The notes below the pieces were generated by a model. It made no database searches and was not told where the DNA came from. It saw only the letters and a program-made list of their open reading frames with translations. 64,000 bases of DNA from an uncultured Nitrospiraceae bacterium (GTDB taxonomy: Bacteria > Nitrospirota > Thermodesulfovibrionia > Thermodesulfovibrionales > UBA6898), in NCBI GenBank assembly GCA_963811165.1, contig CAWEQH010000004.1, forward strand, positions 768,001 through 832,000, in the 5' to 3' direction. The position numbers and the translations under genes are program-made. Of this stretch, positions 62,150 through 64,000 are shown piece after piece (position 1 is the stretch's first letter; the number at the start of each line of letters is the position of its first letter).

Positions 62150-63316
62150 ATGCCGAAAGAATTAGATCAGACAAGAATAACAATCATTAGTGCTGTTCAT
62201 GCGTGGAATGATACGAGAATTTTTTTTAAAGAGGCGATCTCCCTCGCAAAAAAAAATTACACAGTCATTTTGATAGGGATGTCAGATGAAAAAAATATAT
62301 TGTATCGGAATGGCATCAAGGTCTATACGCTGAAAAGAAAACGGAGACATATTCGTTGGGTTAATTGGATTCCAATAATAAAAATAGTATTAAGAGAAAA
62401 AAGTGAGATGATTCATTTCCACGACCCGGAACTCATCTTTGTCGGCATGATCTTGAAACTATGCAATAAAAAAGTGATTTTTGATATTCATGAAGACTTT
62501 GCGAAACAAATTGGCGACAAGGAATGGCTCCCAAAATATATAAGAAAGGTATTTTCTAAAGTTTATAAACATATCGAAAAGTATTTGCCAAAGATATTTG
62601 ATAAAATTATTTTGGCAGAGGATTCTTATCGTCATAATTTTAGCAAATCAAATAATATTTCTATCATTCATAACTTTCCCAGAATACCCTCTTTATATAA
62701 AAAAGACTACAACTCAAGTATATTTAAAATGATTTATGTTGGTGATATTAGAATAATTAGAGGAATTAATGAGTATATTAATATTTTAGAAATGGCATTA
62801 AGGAATTCGTTAGATGTGCAACTCTTAATCGTTGGGAGCTTTGCAGAAAAAAATCTTGAATTGCAGGTGAAAGAAGTAATAAAAGAAAAAGGACTTGTAA
62901 ACAATATAAAATTATTCGGCCGCATACCCAATGAAGAGATATATTCCATATTAATGAATTGTGAAATAGGTTTAGCTTTATTACATCCCGTGCAAAATTA
63001 TTTAAATTCCTATCCAACTAAAATATTTGAATATATGTCTGTTGGATTACCGGTGTTGGCCTCCAATTTTAAATTATGGAAAAACATAATTTTGGAGAAC
63101 GAATGTGGCAAATGCGTCAACCCGCTGATTATCAATGAATCCTACGAAGTAATTAGAGACTATTATTTTTCAGAAGATTTGCGGAGAAAACATGGCATGA
63201 ATGGTCAAATTGCAGTGAGAATGAAATATAATTGGGGAAATGAAGAGAAATTGCTGTACGAGGCTTATGATAACCTAAAATTAAAAAAAAATAATTTTCT
63301 TTTCACTGTTTTTTAA
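62150..63316 (+). CDS. GT4 glycosyltransferase (AT-rich)
   Basis: H...DTRIFFKE, HFHDPEL, DIHED, PTKIFEYM..GLPVLASNF, KYNW. Confidence 0.92.
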   Translation: MPKELDQTRITIISAVHAWNDTRIFFKEAISLAKKNYTVILIGMSDEKNILYRNGIKVYTLKRKRRHIRWVNWIPIIKIVLREKSEMIHFHDPELIFVGMILKLCNKKVIFDIHEDFAKQIGDKEWLPKYIRKVFSKVYKHIEKYLPKIFDKIILAEDSYRHNFSKSNNISIIHNFPRIPSLYKKDYNSSIFKMIYVGDIRIIRGINEYINILEMALRNSLDVQLLIVGSFAEKNLELQVKEVIKEKGLVNNIKLFGRIPNEEIYSILMNCEIGLALLHPVQNYLNSYPTKIFEYMSVGLPVLASNFKLWKNIILENECGKCVNPLIINESYEVIRDYYFSEDLRRKHGMNGQIAVRMKYNWGNEEKLLYEAYDNLKLKKNNFLFTVF

Positions 63317-63546
63317 ATAGTTCTTTTGATAGACTAGCACATAGTGACGTAATTAAGCGAATCTTGCAGCATTGTTATGTTTGAATATATTCTCTTGTTT
63401 TGAATTTTTTGAAGAAGAATATTGAGTACAAATTGGGTGATGCAAATCACAGTAACTTTGGCTCTTTTTCCATAAGATTTAACATGGAGAGTTGTTAAAG
63501 ATTGTGACGATACGATGAATGTCACTCATGGAAAGGAATTTACATA

Positions 63547-64000
63547 ATGAAAGTAGAAATTAGTGGTGGTGTAATGTCAAGAGTCTTGCTTTTGTGTCTT
63601 TCAATTTTTTTCCATTTGAACGCATTAAATCCTGCAAACGCCCAGACCACTGGAGGGGTGAACTGGCTTGATCCACTTCAATATACAAAACCTCAGTTTA
63701 TTCCTTTAACTGTGCCTGATGAGGCAACCTGCCCGAACAAGTATTATGTTGACCATGTGAACGGGTCGGGTAGTACCTGTTCACAGGCTTCACCTTGTAA
63801 AACTGTTCAGACTGTTTGCGGGAAGACTGGTACAACGGGAGGCCCTGCCTATATTTACGTTAAGGGGAACACTAATAATTTCACTATAAACGGGACGTGT
63901 TATGGTTCGGCGGGTAATGAGATAGTGATAAAACCATGGCCTACTGATACTACATCAGTTTATACTTTCACTGGAACAGCTTCAAGTACATGGAATATCA
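63547..64000 (+). CDS. Secreted protein, probable parallel beta-helix N-terminus; 3'-truncated and absent from the ORF track
   Basis: Manual translation MKVEISGGVMSRVLLLCLSIFFHLNALNPANA-QTT...YYVDHVNGSGSTCSQASPCKT, open to window end. Confidence 0.72.
   Translation, partial: MKVEISGGVMSRVLLLCLSIFFHLNALNPANAQTTGGVNWLDPLQYTKPQFIPLTVPDEATCPNKYYVDHVNGSGSTCSQASPCKTVQTVCGKTGTTGGPAYIYVKGNTNNFTINGTCYGSAGNEIVIKPWPTDTTSVYTFTGTASSTWNI

Noticed and set aside
6845..64000. Intact mobile element, IS or defence system
   Set aside because: No transposase, integrase, terminal inverted repeats or recognisable defence genes seen.

Overview
A bacterial chromosomal segment; gene content and order suggest a Gram-negative Nitrospirota/Desulfobacterota-like organism (inference). 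About 1-6.9 kb is housekeeping: Omp85-family C-terminus, SurA-N protein, cold-shock gene pair, YtxH, cysteine synthase, 4-TM holin-family protein, UbiD-family decarboxylase and ihfA-merR-tRNA-Pro(GGG). From the tRNA to the window end (~57 kb) lies one large exopolysaccharide/surface-glycan locus. It begins with a divergent glmS plus GAF-HisKA-GAF-HD-GYP operon, then a PAS kinase, a sigma54 activator, a sigma54 promoter with tandem TGT-N11-ACA sites, a pseudo-receiver and a NusG-paralog antiterminator. Next comes a PEP-CTERM/exosortase-type export core (priming GT, OPX, PCP, tyrosine kinase, OM beta-barrel, ExeA ATPase) with no exosortase in the window, a WbpB/D-E-I-like diamino-uronate pathway, and an Arn-like lipid-carrier cassette. 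Two giant paralogous secreted proteins (~2700 and ~2300 aa) follow, sharing a putative deacetylase-like head on internally duplicated Ig/lectin-like stalks. The locus ends with a GT-C transferase, Wzx/Wzy, several GTs, three more deacetylase-like genes, a formyltransferase and a truncated secreted beta-helix-like gene. The best candidate for an undescribed system is the giant-protein pair together with the lipid-linked sugar/GT-C cassette that brackets it. All family calls are by motif recognition; no searches were run.
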